From positions 106,454,001 through 106,518,000 of the forward strand of contig OZ024743.1 of assembly GCA_964016885.1 (NCBI GenBank): a stretch of 64,000 nt of DNA, given 5' to 3'. Origin of the DNA: Eledone cirrhosa. Its lineage: Eukaryota. Position 1 is the first letter of the stretch, and each line of letters starts with the position of its first letter. The notes beneath the pieces were generated by a model that saw only the letters and a list, made by a program, of their open reading frames with translations, made no database searches and had not been told where the DNA came from. A program made the translations under genes and the position numbers. Shown here one piece after another: positions 24,673 to 38,407 of the stretch.

Positions 24673-24724
24673 TTACGGGAGCGATTCCATAACACTCTAT
24701 CGACCACGTGCGTCTACTTCCCTT

Positions 24725-25017
24725 TTTATTATTATTATAGTTGCATTTATCTTGCTTTGTGTTCATACAAGTTATCACCAAGTCACCACCAGTGACCTCA
24801 AGAGACAACAAGGTCCGCCATGTTCAAGAAAGAACATACATACACACACAAGCATCTTTAGGTGTTTAGACTTGTGATGTACTTATATTGACAGAACCTT
24901 CCTTAGTATATGGGCATTTCCCATTAGTACTATCTTCTGTATTTCTCCTATACGCGGGTTTCCTGTGATTTGCGATAAGTAATCATTAGACCCCTTAGAG
25001 CGCCTACCACCACTGGT
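24725..25017 (-). mobile_element. 3'-terminal fragment of RLE family A, flanked by (TAA)n on both sides
   Basis: Reverse complement matches ~10530-10825 (end of ORF, 3' UTR, tail). Confidence 0.9.
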
Positions 25018-25042
25018 TATTATTATTATTATTATTATTATT

Positions 25043-28000
25043 GGCCTGATCAGACGTCTTTTCGCTCGCTCCTGGAAGTCTCATTATTTACCTGTCATAA
25101 ATCATTTATGGTAAATTTCTGTTGTTGTGTAAGGGATAAAGCCCTTGCATTTTGCCTTATGAAAGGGAAAGTATAATATTTGGCCCAAATATTTGAACTT
25201 TTTACATTTAAAAATTATAAAAAAAAAAATGGGTGAGGCACGCACCCCAGCGATATATCTGCTGTCGTGTACCATTCGCGTAAAAGTTGAGAGGTGGGTT
25301 ACGGCAAACAGACAAATTGATACAACAAACACCACCACAAACAACGTGAACAAAGACAGCAATGACAACAAATGCAACAACGATATCAACACTCCTAACA
25401 TGAAAACAAATAGCGACAACACCAACACCAACAATACAAATTCCACCAAGAATAACAACAACGGCGGCACCAAAGACACAACCAACTGCAACAGTGATAA
25501 CAGCAACAACACCAACAACACCAACAACACTGTTTCTAGCAGTAGCAGCAGCAACAGCATCAACAACAATACCAGTAGAAGCAGTGGCGATGGCAACATT
25601 GATACCACTGAAAAAGAGACCATCTCTTTTTGAAAGGGTGGCTCGCAACGTAGAAACAGTCCTGGTCACAGAGGAGGAGATGGCGGTCGCAAGACACATG
25701 GTGAACAGAACTTAATTTTCTGTGTCCTTGAAACCACCAACTGACTTCCTGGAGGAACAAGAGCGACGCACAGTGTCATACCGTACAATTTCCACGAAAT
25801 CGTGTCGTATGGAGAGAGCCACAAAGGCCCAAATCCAGAAGGCCTTGAGAACTGTATAGGCACGGAAAACCCACATCAGCCGAGGCAATAAGTATGCTAC
25901 CGTGGACGTCCTTTGTGCTACCACCTAGGAAACAAAATCGCACTCAGTGAGGACCCTACAGAGTGATGACAACATTAGTCCCGTTTTACTGCGGGGGAAA
26001 AAATAGCAAACGTCAGGGTAACCCAGGTCCCGCCCTACGTATCCGAGCCTTGGCTGGTCCGGTCTGTTCTTGCGAGCATTGAGGATAGAACAACCATTCT
26101 GCAGGTACAGAATTTGGGGAGAGAGGACTGGTCCGGTATTGGAATGGAGATGCTCATCCAAACCGACCAGGACTGCATAAGCGCTATTCCCGACGTAATA
26201 GACCTCGGGAATGGGTCCCAACTTTCAATATCTGTGGAAGGAAGGCGCCCAAAGTGCTTCAACTGTGGATCAAAGTCTCACCTCAGGCCTTCTGTCCACA
26301 TAAAATAACTCGAAGGTCCCGCTCCTTTCAATGCCTGAACCGCTGCCATCAGAAACAGAGCAGTCAGCGAAAATGTCGGGAGCTTCTACAGAGAGTAGGA
26401 GGACAACGTCCGCTGCACCCACACAAAAAGCCACGGACAAAAAAACAGCGGCGGCAACTGCAGTAACAGAAACAGTCGCACTAGCTGCACCCGTGCAAAA
26501 AACGGCAGACCAACCTCTTCCACCACCAACAAGAACGACAACAACTAAAAAGACAAATGAGAGGGTATAACTCATACCCCCTCCCCGACCTCTCAAAGTC
26601 GGACATGGAGTATGAGGCGGTAGAAGCGTGGAAAACGGTTGTCAACAAAAAAAAAACTTGCAGCAAAACCACCACCATCTCCATCACCACCACAAACATC
26701 ACCACCAACAACAACCACACCACCACCAGCATCACCAAAAACACCATCATCGCAAACACAACAAAGCACACACACCCAACAGCAACAACAAGAAAACAGC
26801 AACAACCCCGCCCCCCAAAAAAGTACACAGCCATAAACATCGCACACAAAAGATTGATGGAATAAATCACCACACCCCCAACAGCACCAACAACATCACC
26901 AATGAATACTAACATTGTCTAAATTACGCTCGTTAAACCGTTAAAACAAAAATTCTCCAACGTGGTTGGTTATTTCAGGGGGTCACTCTCCAAAAGAATC
27001 TATACAGATATCATCTTAACGACACCCATGACCTGCCGAAGGGACGGTTCTACTGCCCCTGCCCCACACGATTAAGGTAAATGATCCATTCTCACTTACA
27101 CCGTCCCTCACCCAGCATGGCCGTACTGAGAATAGGCAGTGTAAATGTACGTGGCCTGGGATTATCTTGGAAGCAGGGTTACCTGCTCAATGACCTTAGA
27201 GCACTAAACATAGATGTGGTGGTCATCAGCGAGACCAGAGTCTCCGAAGCACGAGCATTCGCACCGATCTTCGGCGCATCTCCCAGCTTTCCGGGATCGG
27301 GGGGAGGAGTTGCTGAGCATATGGGGCTTGTAGACAGGGGAGGCTGTAAAATCCTCAACAACATGCTCAGACGTTTTGAACTCTCTGACAGGTATAGACT
27401 GAATTATCCGAATATGCAAATGTGGACATAGGCAAACCGCATCGGGTCATCGAGATCGTATTTAGATAAGGTATTCTGTAGGGAAACAGATACGTAAATG
27501 TAGGTTTTCCACAATTTAAAATAGTCGACTACACGGACCACACATTTGTGTTCTGTGATGTTGATGCAGATAGCCTCCATAGCCAGTTACTGGAAGCTGC
27601 ACGAGTCGTTACCGACGCGCAAAGCTTACAGAGACCGGATTAGCGAAATAGTTAAGCGTGTGTTGATGGGTACGATCGTCAACAACAGGTGATGGTTTAA
27701 CCTGAAAAGGGCTATTAGAGTAGAATCGATAAGGTTTAGCAAAGGAGTAGTGATAGAGGAAAATAGAGTAGAGGGAGAGCTAGTTAGAATGCGAGAAGAG
27801 GCATTTAGGACAGGCATCGCAACCGAAGTGCTTGCGGCGAGATTGGCACTCGAACAATTCTTCAACGCAAAGCATGAAGGCGGCGTTGTCAGAGCTAGAG
27901 CACGTGCTCTGAGACACGATGGGAGGAAAGCCATCCAATGGGCCCGGGTTGTGGGGGCGCGACGTGGCAACAAATCCACAATTCAGTCTTTGCCTGATCA

Positions 28001-30510
28001 AAACGGCGCGTGTTGCTCGAACCCGAGCAGATGTGTGCGGCTTTTCAATACCACTTTGTTCAATTGTTCTGGAGCGGCGGCGCGCCGGGTCGGAGTATGG
28101 ACTTCAGTGCATACCTCGACGGACTGCTGCGGCTCCCGACGACCGCAGCGCAGTGCTGCGAAAAGCCGATATCAGCAGCTGAAATACGGGAAGCGTTGTC
28201 TGACTGCACGAGGAGCAAATTGCCAGGATTGAATGGTCTGCACTACGAATTTTATGCGTATATGCCAGGCTTGTTCAGCGACCTTTTGGCAGATCTACTG
28301 CAACTAGCAGCAGAACGGGAACATTCCCAGTTTTGCGGGCTTGGGAGCTGTGGTGCTGCTGAGAATCGACCCAAACAAAGGGGACGTTATATTCTAAACG
28401 CAGAGTTCAAGGTTTTTGCCAAGGTGTTAGCAAAGAGACTGGTGCTTGTCGCCGGAATTCTGGTGGGAGAGGCGCAGACATGTCACATTCCGGACAGAAC
28501 CATCCACGACAATCTCCATCTCATACGATACGTCATAGAGAGGGTTGTTAAAGAAACTGGCACGGGTGGGGCCCTGATCAAATTTCATCAATCTAAATCA
28601 TTTGATAGAGTCTAACATCGGTACTTGGCTGCGGTCCACGAGGCGTCCGGCTTCGGGCCCGCTTTTAGGGGCTAGATCGCTGCGATGCACAGTGACATCT
28701 GCTCGATTGTGAGGGTGAATGGTCACCTGTCGCAGCCTTTCAGCATCATGCACTCGGTCCGCCATGGTGGTCCCTGTCGTCCCTCTTGTACGTACTGGTC
28801 CTCGAGCCGTTACTGCACAAATTGTAGACGATGAGGTGGGTCCCACGTGAACTAGGATACGGGAGATCAGTGTCAGCCTACATCTGACGACGTAACCGTG
28901 TTATTGTCGAGCACTAAACACGTCCAGATTCTCGGCACCCTGTCACGGAATACGAAGCGGTGAAAGGAAGAAAGATAAACCAGAACAAGTCGGTGGGCTA
29001 GCAACTCGGCACCTGGTGAGGCAGGTCCATGCCATCCGACAGCGTCGTGTGGCGCTGGACGGAAAGACCATTTAAATTGGTTGGGGTCTGGTTCGGTCTG
29101 GACCTCCAGATGGAGAAAAACTTGAGAGAGGTGATTAGCAGAGTGGCGTCTCTCACCCAGAAATTGGCCGAGAGGTGTCTATCTCTGAAAAGTCGGGTGG
29201 AGGTGGCCAATGCGCACATCGCGTCCGTCATCTGCTACCACCTGACCGTCGTTCATTGCCTCCGCCACACTCTGACCAAAATAGAGCGCATTCTCTTCCG
29301 TTTTTTGTGGAACGGACGTTCTCCCATGGCCCGACGATCCACCTACTGTCAGCGCCCGTGCATGGAGAACTGGACATGCCGTGGCTGATGATGCGCAAAC
29401 ATGCACTGAGGCTGCAACATTTCTGGTGCTTTCTTGACGGTGAACGGGTCCGGTCGCCGTTTCCCTGACGCTCTTTCCCCCAGCTCATATGCTTGACGGA
29501 GCTGCAGTCCTGGATCAGGAAAAGACCAAGCGCTCACCGACAGCTAGCAGCTGGGCACTGGTATCGGTGTAACATCCACTTCGGCGTTCTATGGAGGGCT
29601 AGTGGAGGGGAAAAGCGACGACGTTCTCGGGAGACACTGGACGTCGAAGAAGATCAGCTGTTCACCCTCTTCAAGAGAAATTTCAGTCTTGGGCCTTCCA
29701 GAAATCAGACAACTTCCAGAAATCCCTGGCCTGGCAGTCCTACCGTGGCGCGTTCCCGGTTCGCGATAAGCTCTACAGGAACGGAGGTGTTGTCAGATGA
29801 GCCTGTCCACGATTCCCGCAGGGCGACGAAACCGTCCTGCACGAACTCATTCAGTGCCTGAGGATTGCTGACTTGTGGAGCTATGGGGAACAGTTGTTGT
29901 CGCGTGTAGGACGGATCTGGTTTCGACTGAGTTCATTGTGCAGATAACCCCACCATCCTACTTTAAAGAGGAGGAAGTTCAGGGAGTTTTTTTCTGCCTG
30001 GTGGACATGGCGAAAGAGATTGTGTGGTGGACAAGGTTGAAAGGGTTGAAGACGGACACTTTCCTCTCCGGCCAATCCCTGATTAACTTTTTCAAGTTTC
30101 ACAAGAATAGGAAAATCAGGGTGGAGAGGCAAGTGCTCCCTTCTAGTAATTTTGTTGAAAGGTGGGTGAAAGTGGTGAGTCTGGACCGAGTGAACGGGCT
30201 CGCTCTGAATATGCGCCTGCAGACTGAGGAGTGGAAAACTGAGAGAAGGCGCTTGCCCTGGTGGTCAGGGTGTCCGTGGTCTTTTGTGTGGTTTTCGCCA
30301 CGATTGACCCTCAGAGGTTTCCCCCTTTTGGGGGAATTTTTGTTGTTTAAATTTTTTTTTAATTCTATCCCGATTTCTTTCTTGTTATAAGCTGTTTACA
30401 CGACCAAAATCCACTTTGTATCGTCCTGTACTGTTCTGTGCCGTCTCTAATGTTTTTTCTTCATGTTAGCGCTTGTGGCCAATAAAGAATCCATTATTAT
30501 TATTATTATT
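25043..30510 (+). mobile_element. L1/Tx1-like non-LTR retrotransposon (ORF1 + APE-RT ORF2), full length but degenerate, within (ATT)n
   Basis: ORF1 has an Asn/Thr-rich N-terminus and EGRRPKCFNCGSKSHL zinc knuckle. ORF2: LRIGSVNVRGL, VVVISET, SYLDKV, TDH, YWKL, KLPGLNGL, ILNAEFKVFAKVLAKRL, RTIHDNL, KSFDRV. 3' end AATAAAGAATCC(ATT)n; preceded by (TTA)n. Confidence 0.9.
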
Positions 30511-30867
30511 TTTCCTACCCTTCATAATTAATTTATTTATTTATTAATTGATTGATTAATTATTTATTACTTGTTTGATAATCTTGTTGAGAGCTTACGC
30601 CAGAGGCTGTGAATACATTACATTGTTCACACTTTTGAATTTGCCCGACAAAGCTCGGATGTGAATCTTCCTCTTTTTTTAGAAAGAACACGTGACCCCA
30701 AAGTTACTGCGACAGAACATGACAGTGGAGTTACTAAGCCTTGAAACTGGAAACGGAACGAATCGCCTGTTGAGAAAGGAATATCCTCATTCTATCTTAG
30801 GACACATTACTGTGTTACGCAACTTGAAGTGTAGCTTTCGGATTCACAGATACCAATTGGAGATAAT

Positions 30868-31014
30868 TGAAAGTATATACTTTCCTTATGCATATTAAAG
30901 GCTGAGCAGCATAATTTTCATATCGTTAAGTCAGTCGGCCAGCCGACTAACTTACTCGTTATGCAAATTAGGCTGCTCAGCCGTTAATATGCATAAGGAA
31001 AGTATATACTTTCA
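30868..31014. mobile_element. Foldback / MITE-like palindrome (~147 bp)
   Basis: TGAAAGTATATACTTTCCTTATGCATATTAA.GGCTGAGCAGC...AGTCGGC-CA-GCCGACT...GCTGCTCAGCC.TTAATATGCATAAGGAAAGTATATACTTTCA. Confidence 0.75.
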
Positions 31015-31059
31015 GACGTTCAACCATCTGACAGACAGGTTTATGATACTGACGATAAT

Positions 31060-31243
31060 TGTTTCTACTTTAGGCACAAGACCAGCAATTACTCAGTGCA
31101 TTACTGGTACTTTATGTTATCGACCCCGTAAGGATGAAAGGCAAAGTCAACGTCGGCGGGATTTGAACTCAGATCGTAAAGTAACGTAAGTATGCTGGAA
31201 AGCATGGCGTCCGACCCTCTACTGATACTGCTATCCACCGCCC
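31060..31243 (-). mobile_element. Full-length SINE with 13-bp TSD (TACTGRCGATAAT)
   Basis: TSD at 31047-31059 and 31244-31256 with one mismatch. A-box-like and B-box motifs on the minus strand. Confidence 0.9.
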
Positions 31244-31809
31244 TACTGGCGATAATAGGCTTGAAACTAGTACATCGTTCCTGTGTCAGTGTTGAACAAA
31301 AGGGCGACGATGGTTGCCGAGCACTGTACGGCGTAATTTGGGCTGTTTGTTTACACACAAACCGAAAATTATAATAAATGTTCGGTAAACCCATACGTAC
31401 ATATGTATATGTGTGCATGTATGTATATATAATATATATATGCATACCACTGTGCGTCTGTACACGTATATGTATTTACGTATACATACTTATTTATATA
31501 TATATATAAATATTAAAATATAAATATTAATAAAATGTAATTGATCAAAAGAACATCTATGTTATTAATATTTATATTTTAATATTAATAAACCCGGAAA
31601 ATTATTATTTTCGTAGAGTGCTTCCAATCTACTGTAAAACTCATTCTTTGACATAATCATTTAATATCGTTTAACACTTTAATATATATATATATATATG
31701 TATATATGCATAATAAATAGCTTGTATTAACAAGTAATAGGAAGTGACAATTTATTCTCATATGTACAAACGCAATATGTATATGTATATGTATATATAT
31801 ATATGTGTG

Positions 31810-31860
<51 letters not shown>

Positions 31861-32101
31861 GTGTGTGTGTGTGTATAGACACATAAGCACATACACACAC
31901 GCATATATATTCATATACTTATACATATATACATATATATGCATACGTACATATATATATATATATATAAATGAGACGTATAGAGATTGTTTTAGCAAGA
32001 AGCTAACGGCATTCTATAACATATAACATATAAAATGCGGACGAAACCATGGTAGAGGTAACTGAATATGTTCACTTTTCCTCTAGTTTATATATATATA
32101 T

Positions 32102-32149
<48 letters not shown>

Positions 32150-32150
<1 letters not shown>

Positions 32151-32520
32151 CGTTTCTGAATTTGTTTAGAAATATTCTTTATCTTAAAACGTGTGTTGAA
32201 GCCGATAGTGTTATGCAGTGGGAGGGTCATGTTGCCAATAAGAAACACACGTACCATTGCTTTCACTCCAATTTATTATAAATTAAATTCATAAATTTAA
32301 GAATTTATACATTTCCGGTTGGTTGGTCGGTTGGTTCCATAACTTGACGGTTGTTCATATATTGTCAAAGTGTCAAAGTTCTTTCGTCACACATTATGTG
32401 ACTTATTCAGTGACTGGGGATTATTTTCTTTGTTTTGTGCCTCTCATTTGTTCTGTCCTACGCCATCTTGTTTTTGTGTATTTCTTATTGGTAACATGAC
32501 CCTCCCAAAGCATAACAATA
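32150..32520. repeat. PLE-pLTR-like repeat family 2 (also ~34000-34260 and 35770-36260), with internal inverted repeats and a degenerate hammerhead
   Basis: GGGAGGGTCATGTTGCCAATAAGAAA occurs in inverted orientation at the two ends. Hammerhead-like motif on minus at 32372-32414. Confidence 0.7.
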
Positions 32521-33144
32521 TATATATATACATATATATATATAATTATTATATATCAAAATGACAGAAGAGAAGATATGATAGATCATGTTTGATGCCT
32601 TAAACAAACCAATGTGCTCTCAATGCCTAGTGATGCCAAATTAAATATTAAAATTGAGTTAATATTAAAGGAAAATTAATGTGTAGCGCATAAGCAGAAA
32701 TATATGGTGGAGAAAACAAGGCGTTTTTATTCCGTACTCTGTGTTACTTCCATGGGTACCGTCTATAATCCTATGGAAGGAATAAGCGAGATTTACATGA
32801 TTCCATTTGTACCCAAAAGATTCTTGAGAGGAAGTTTGGTTGTTTCTAATGCTTTAAAAAATGGGATAAACATAGGCCGTGCAACATGCTAAATAGCCGG
32901 CTACGCATTCAGGAACAATTTAATCATGAAAACAGGATAAGCCAGAAAAACATCTACAACCATATTTGAACATTTGTCCTTGAAGAAAACAGTTTACAAA
33001 GGTAGGTAATAATGCTGCGGATGATAGATCTAGTATTTTAACACGCCGTATTAAGCTGGTAGACTATTTATTATAATTAAAGATAACATTAGTACAAATG
33101 ATGCACACACATACATAAGGAGACTCATAAGCACACACACACAT

Positions 33145-33184
<40 letters not shown>

Positions 33185-33187
<3 letters not shown>

Positions 33188-33692
33188 ACGGTTTACATAT
33201 ATATATATATATATGTGTGTGTGTTTTGCAACGGGTCACTTTGTGGCTCAATGAAGAGTTAATAAATTAAATAATCAAATAATCAGAGCTATATGTCATA
33301 AAACATGTCTATAGAATCACAAGATAAAATATATACCGTTTCCTCTCCCAATTAGCATAATTAAACATGTAAAAAATCAATTAGACCAAGCTATAAGAAT
33401 AAAGGCTCCTATGAAGAAATCTCCGACAAATAACCGAAAGCAGCCCTTCGTGGCGGTTACGGCGGATCATTTATCGAATATTTCGACAGCATGTATGAAT
33501 CGACCAGATATACAGTCAACTAAACAGAATTAGGTGTAAAATAAACTAGAGGAAAAGTGAACATATTCAGTTACCTCTACCATGGTTTCGTCCGCATTTT
33601 AAGATATCCGATAACATTGGAAATCTAGAGCACCGGACTCTTTATGAGTTAGCTCAAATTTATCTGGTGATTCTATAGACATGTTTTATGAT
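33185..33692 (+). repeat. Dispersed repeat family 3 (copies at 39574-39950, 40120-40420 and inverted 32030-32090)
   Basis: Near-identical TCATAAAACATGTCTATAGAATCAC.AGATAAA...GTTTCGTCCGCATTTTA. The first ~30 bp recur inverted at 33658-33692. Confidence 0.8.
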
Positions 33693-34299
33693 ATATATAT
33701 ATATATATACATATACTTAGACATATATATGCATACGTACATATATATATATATACACGCACACATATACACATAGACATACATATATTTACCCACCCAC
33801 TTTGGAGAATTGATGGTCAAGTAGTATCTTACGCGTTATAGAGATTGAGGAAGAGAGGTAATCATTGCATATTTGGCGTGAGCGCATGTGTATGTGTATA
33901 TGTGTATTTGTGAGCGTGTGTGTGTGTGTCTGAGGGGGGGGGGAGTTGGCATGTAGATGCGTTCGTATGTTAGAAAGAAGGGGTTTCTACAACATCTTGT
34001 TTTATGCGCTGATGCGGGACAGAACAAAGAGAGTAAAAAAATAACCAAAAAATATTCACTGAGGAGGTCACAGAGAGTGTGACGAAATATCTTAAAAAAT
34101 CAACAAATAATTATCCATTAGGTTTTTAACATATACATCTGGGAATTTATAATAAATCTAAGTGAAATTCACACAGGTCCGTGTGTTTTAATTGCAGCAC
34201 GACCCACAAACATATCTGTTTCAACACACGTTTTCAGATAACAAATGTGGCAAAACATATAAAAAATGAAGTATACATGTATATTATATATATATATAT

Positions 34300-34396
<97 letters not shown>

Positions 34397-34679
34397 TATG
34401 TATGTATGTATACGTACATACATATATGTATACAGACTACAGTAGTATGTATATATATACATACATGCACACATATATATATGCACACATATATATAACC
34501 GATACGTGCATATATATATATATGTGTGCATGTTTGTATATATTTATATATATATATATATCTACATACTACTGTACGTATATATACATATATGTATGTA
34601 CGTATACATACATACATACTTACATTTAAGTAAGTACCGTACTAACAGTGAGAAATGAAATTTTGTTTCATTCTATTCC

Positions 34680-34767
<88 letters not shown>

Positions 34768-35390
34768 ATATGTATGTATGTACGTGTGTGTGTTTGTGTG
34801 TTTGTGTGTGTTTGAGTGTGTGTATATATACACCGTCAACAAATCAGAGACCCAAATGTCCGTCAGATACCCCTAAGCGGCCACCTGGCAACATGTGGTC
34901 AGGGAATATTTATAATATTCCCATTCTACAAATTACACAGCCCAAGTGAAATCAAGAGAAAAATCAAAGAAAAGAATGTTATTGATAAATTCAAACCCAA
35001 GCTAAATGAACAATAATAACGCCTAGGGGTATTACTTCTACTACCACTATGACCACGACCACTAACAACAACAACAACAACAATAATAATAATAATAAAA
35101 GTGATGTTGATGGTGATGATTAATAGAAAATGCTATTTTCATCATTTCAAAAAGCAAAACAATTGATACGTTGGATATGACTATTGGTCGTTAGCATGCT
35201 CAACCAGCCGTGATGCTTAAACCAATCAGCTGTAGTAATTCAGTGAAACTACACACTGATTGGTCGAAATATAGTTTACAGGGCTTTGCATTCTGGAGCC
35301 ACTTTTCTCTGTATAAAATGTATAAAAGGTAGGAAATTTACCCATCTCATTACAGTTGAAAATTGCAAACTCGACTGTCACCACATATCA

Positions 35391-35429
35391 TGAACCTGAA
35401 GATTGCGAAAGCATGAAAGTATTTGTTCA
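35391..35429 (+). ncRNA. Minimal type I hammerhead motif
   Basis: TGAAC-CTGAAGA-TTGCGAAAGCAT-GAAA-GTATTT-GTTCA (5-bp stem I, GAAA-capped stem II). Confidence 0.6.
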
Positions 35430-35611
35430 ATTAACACTTAGAATTTAATATTCTATCATACTATTTCATTATAATACCATTATATATATTTTAAAGGATT
35501 GTAAATAAAACGAGTAAATCAGACAAAGTTGGAATTCCTCTTATTAATATAATCTTCTATACACAATCATACACACCCGTGTATATTTACCTATCTATAT
35601 CTATCTATCTA

Positions 35612-35697
<86 letters not shown>

Positions 35698-35769
35698 CAC
35701 TCAGACTCACGCAAACACATACATATATACATATATATACACATATATATATATATATATATATACATA

Positions 35770-36260
35770 TTGTTATACTTTGGGAGGGTCATGTTGCCAA
35801 TAAGAAACACACGAACCAGTTGCTTTCACTTCAATTTATTACAATAAATATATAACATGTAAATAAACAAATAAATAAACAAATATAAACACACACAGAC
35901 ACCCGGATGTAACACATGTGCAAACTAAGCATACAAAACACACACAAACAAGATGGCGTAGGACAGAACAAAGGAGAGGCACAAAAACAAAGAAAAGAAT
36001 ACCCAGTCACTGAAGGGGTCATATAATGTGTGACGAAAGAACTTTGACAATATATAAACAATCATCTGGTTGTGGAACCAACCAACCAACCGGAAATTTA
36101 TAAATTCCTAAATTTATAAATTTATTATAATAAAGTGAAGTGAAAGCAACTGGTGCGTGTGTTTCTTATTGGCAACATGACCCTCTCAATGTATAACAAT
36201 ATCGGTTTCAATACACGTTTTCAGATAAAGAATCTTGCTAAACAAATTCAAGAACGAAAT
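35770..36260. repeat. Repeat family 2 copy with ~75-bp inverted arms and a hammerhead-like motif at 36006-36048
   Basis: 35770-35845 is inverted at ~36120-36198. Motif: GTCA-CTGAAGG-GGTCATATAATGTGTGAC-GAAA-GAACTT-TGAC. Confidence 0.7.
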
Positions 36261-36314
36261 ATATATACATATATATATATACATATATATGCACACACAC
36301 TCAGACACACAGAA

Positions 36315-36350
<36 letters not shown>

Positions 36351-37517
36351 GATAAGTGTACTCCCGCGGAATATAGGCAGTTGAGCACTTAACCCGATAG
36401 TACAATACGAATTAAACAGTTTGTTAACTTGAATTACTTTCTACAAGATGTGATTGCACAAAACATGAGGGATATTACTTGAGAATGCTACCACGATTGA
36501 AGTGAGATCCATAGAGCCAAAGAGAGAGATAGAGGGAGACAGGCAGAGAGTAGTGTGTAATTTTAGATATGTTCCACAAATCATTTGTGATTGTTATATT
36601 TTTGGGCTATAGAAAATATGTATGAATCCTGAAGTAGTGTGAACTATGAGAAAATGTATGAATGTTCATTTAGAAAATTAGAAAAATTAAACAAAATCTA
36701 ATGTCTGTGCATTATTTCTATGGTTAGTTAAACAAAACATATTGAGAATTTAATATATAGAATTTTATATAAAAATACATTTTAAACAAGAAATCACATA
36801 AGTTTGAATTTAGAATGAATGCATTTGTATGAAATACGTTTTTCTCCGTTTTAAATTAAAACAATGCGAAAACACCTAGATATTTTTAGGTTTGTATAAA
36901 AGATTGGCCCAGTTCAAATATGTTATGCATTATGGTACAACCCGGCTTAAGCAGTTCTCCTTTAATTTCTACTCGAATTTCTCATTTAATCATCAAAACA
37001 TGGAGTTAGTTTTATATTAAATTTCGAGATCAGCTTTCTCCGAATACAATTTGTAAAAGCGTTAAAATATAAACAACTCCTGTTTTATATGAAAACTAAA
37101 AGTAAACCATTCATTAGAAAAATGAAATTCGTGTTAAAATATTTTTCACCTTTATAATAATTATTGATTTTGGCTTAGAAGTGTGCTTTTTCTCTTCATA
37201 AATGTATTCTAATTTTATTTTAAAATTTACACAAACTATTTAGCAAGAGTATTTTCTTTGAAAGTGGCACATGAATTATAATTTCAAGTATATATATATA
37301 TATATATATGTGAGAAAAACCAGAGACCTTCCATCTCAACTCTACTTTTGAAAAGCAGAAGAACTGCGAAACCGTTAAAGGAACCAAATTAATATATATA
37401 TATTTTTTTAAATAAGACTCCAGTTGCATTTTCAATTTCATCTTTTTTTCTTTATACTTTCACTCGTGTAGGACACCTCGGTTATTCTTCACTTTGTAAA
37501 AAAACCCTCACTTTCTA

Positions 37518-37555
<38 letters not shown>

Positions 37556-37604
37556 TTTATATTCATATATGAATGCGAGAATGGCAAAACTATATAATGG
37601 CAAA

Positions 37605-37685
<81 letters not shown>

Positions 37686-38407
37686 GAGAGAGAGGGGGGC
37701 AGAGAGAGAGAGAGAGATAGAGAGAGATGGGGGAGATTGGACAGACGCACAGAGAGCAGTTAATACTGCATTTCAGTATTTCATTTTAAATTAAAATTCA
37801 TGAAAAATATTTTTCAAACTGCAATTATATGTAACCTTCGTGTCTCGTTGTTTGAATTGCCATTAGTATGTTTAATAACTATTAATTTGCAACACACATT
37901 ACTTTTTAAAGTTGATTAAAGGTGTTGACGGACGAAATTCAGAAAAGCCAAACTGCTTGGTAATTTTTGAAGCACTCACTTTATAACATACAGAAAAAAT
38001 AATAATTCAAACAGGAAATATAAAGAAATACGAATCAGTTAATTATATAGCAAATTTCATTAGGGAAATAAAATAATTCAGATATGAGAGAACCGAAAAT
38101 ATTAGAATGATATCACCTCTATTGAACTCCAAATTATAACAACTTCAGAACTACAGAGGAACATGATTCAACATTTTAGAATGATTAAACACAGTTCATT
38201 ATTTTGATCAGCATTATGTTCATTCTTTTGGTGTGACACATGCTAGAAAAAACGCCATAAAATATAGTTCAGTACTTAAATTCATATTTGGACAATTTGT
38301 TATGTAATGATGATGGTCACTATCCGAGTTAAGCTAACAATAACCAATAAGAGTTCGCTTTTGCATGTCTGTGCTTTTCTTGTTTCTTCTTTAACCATAT
38401 ATATATA

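Noticed and set aside
32560-33010. Possible host exon or transposase remnant
   Set aside because: Only a short ORF, with no recognisable domain or convincing splice context.
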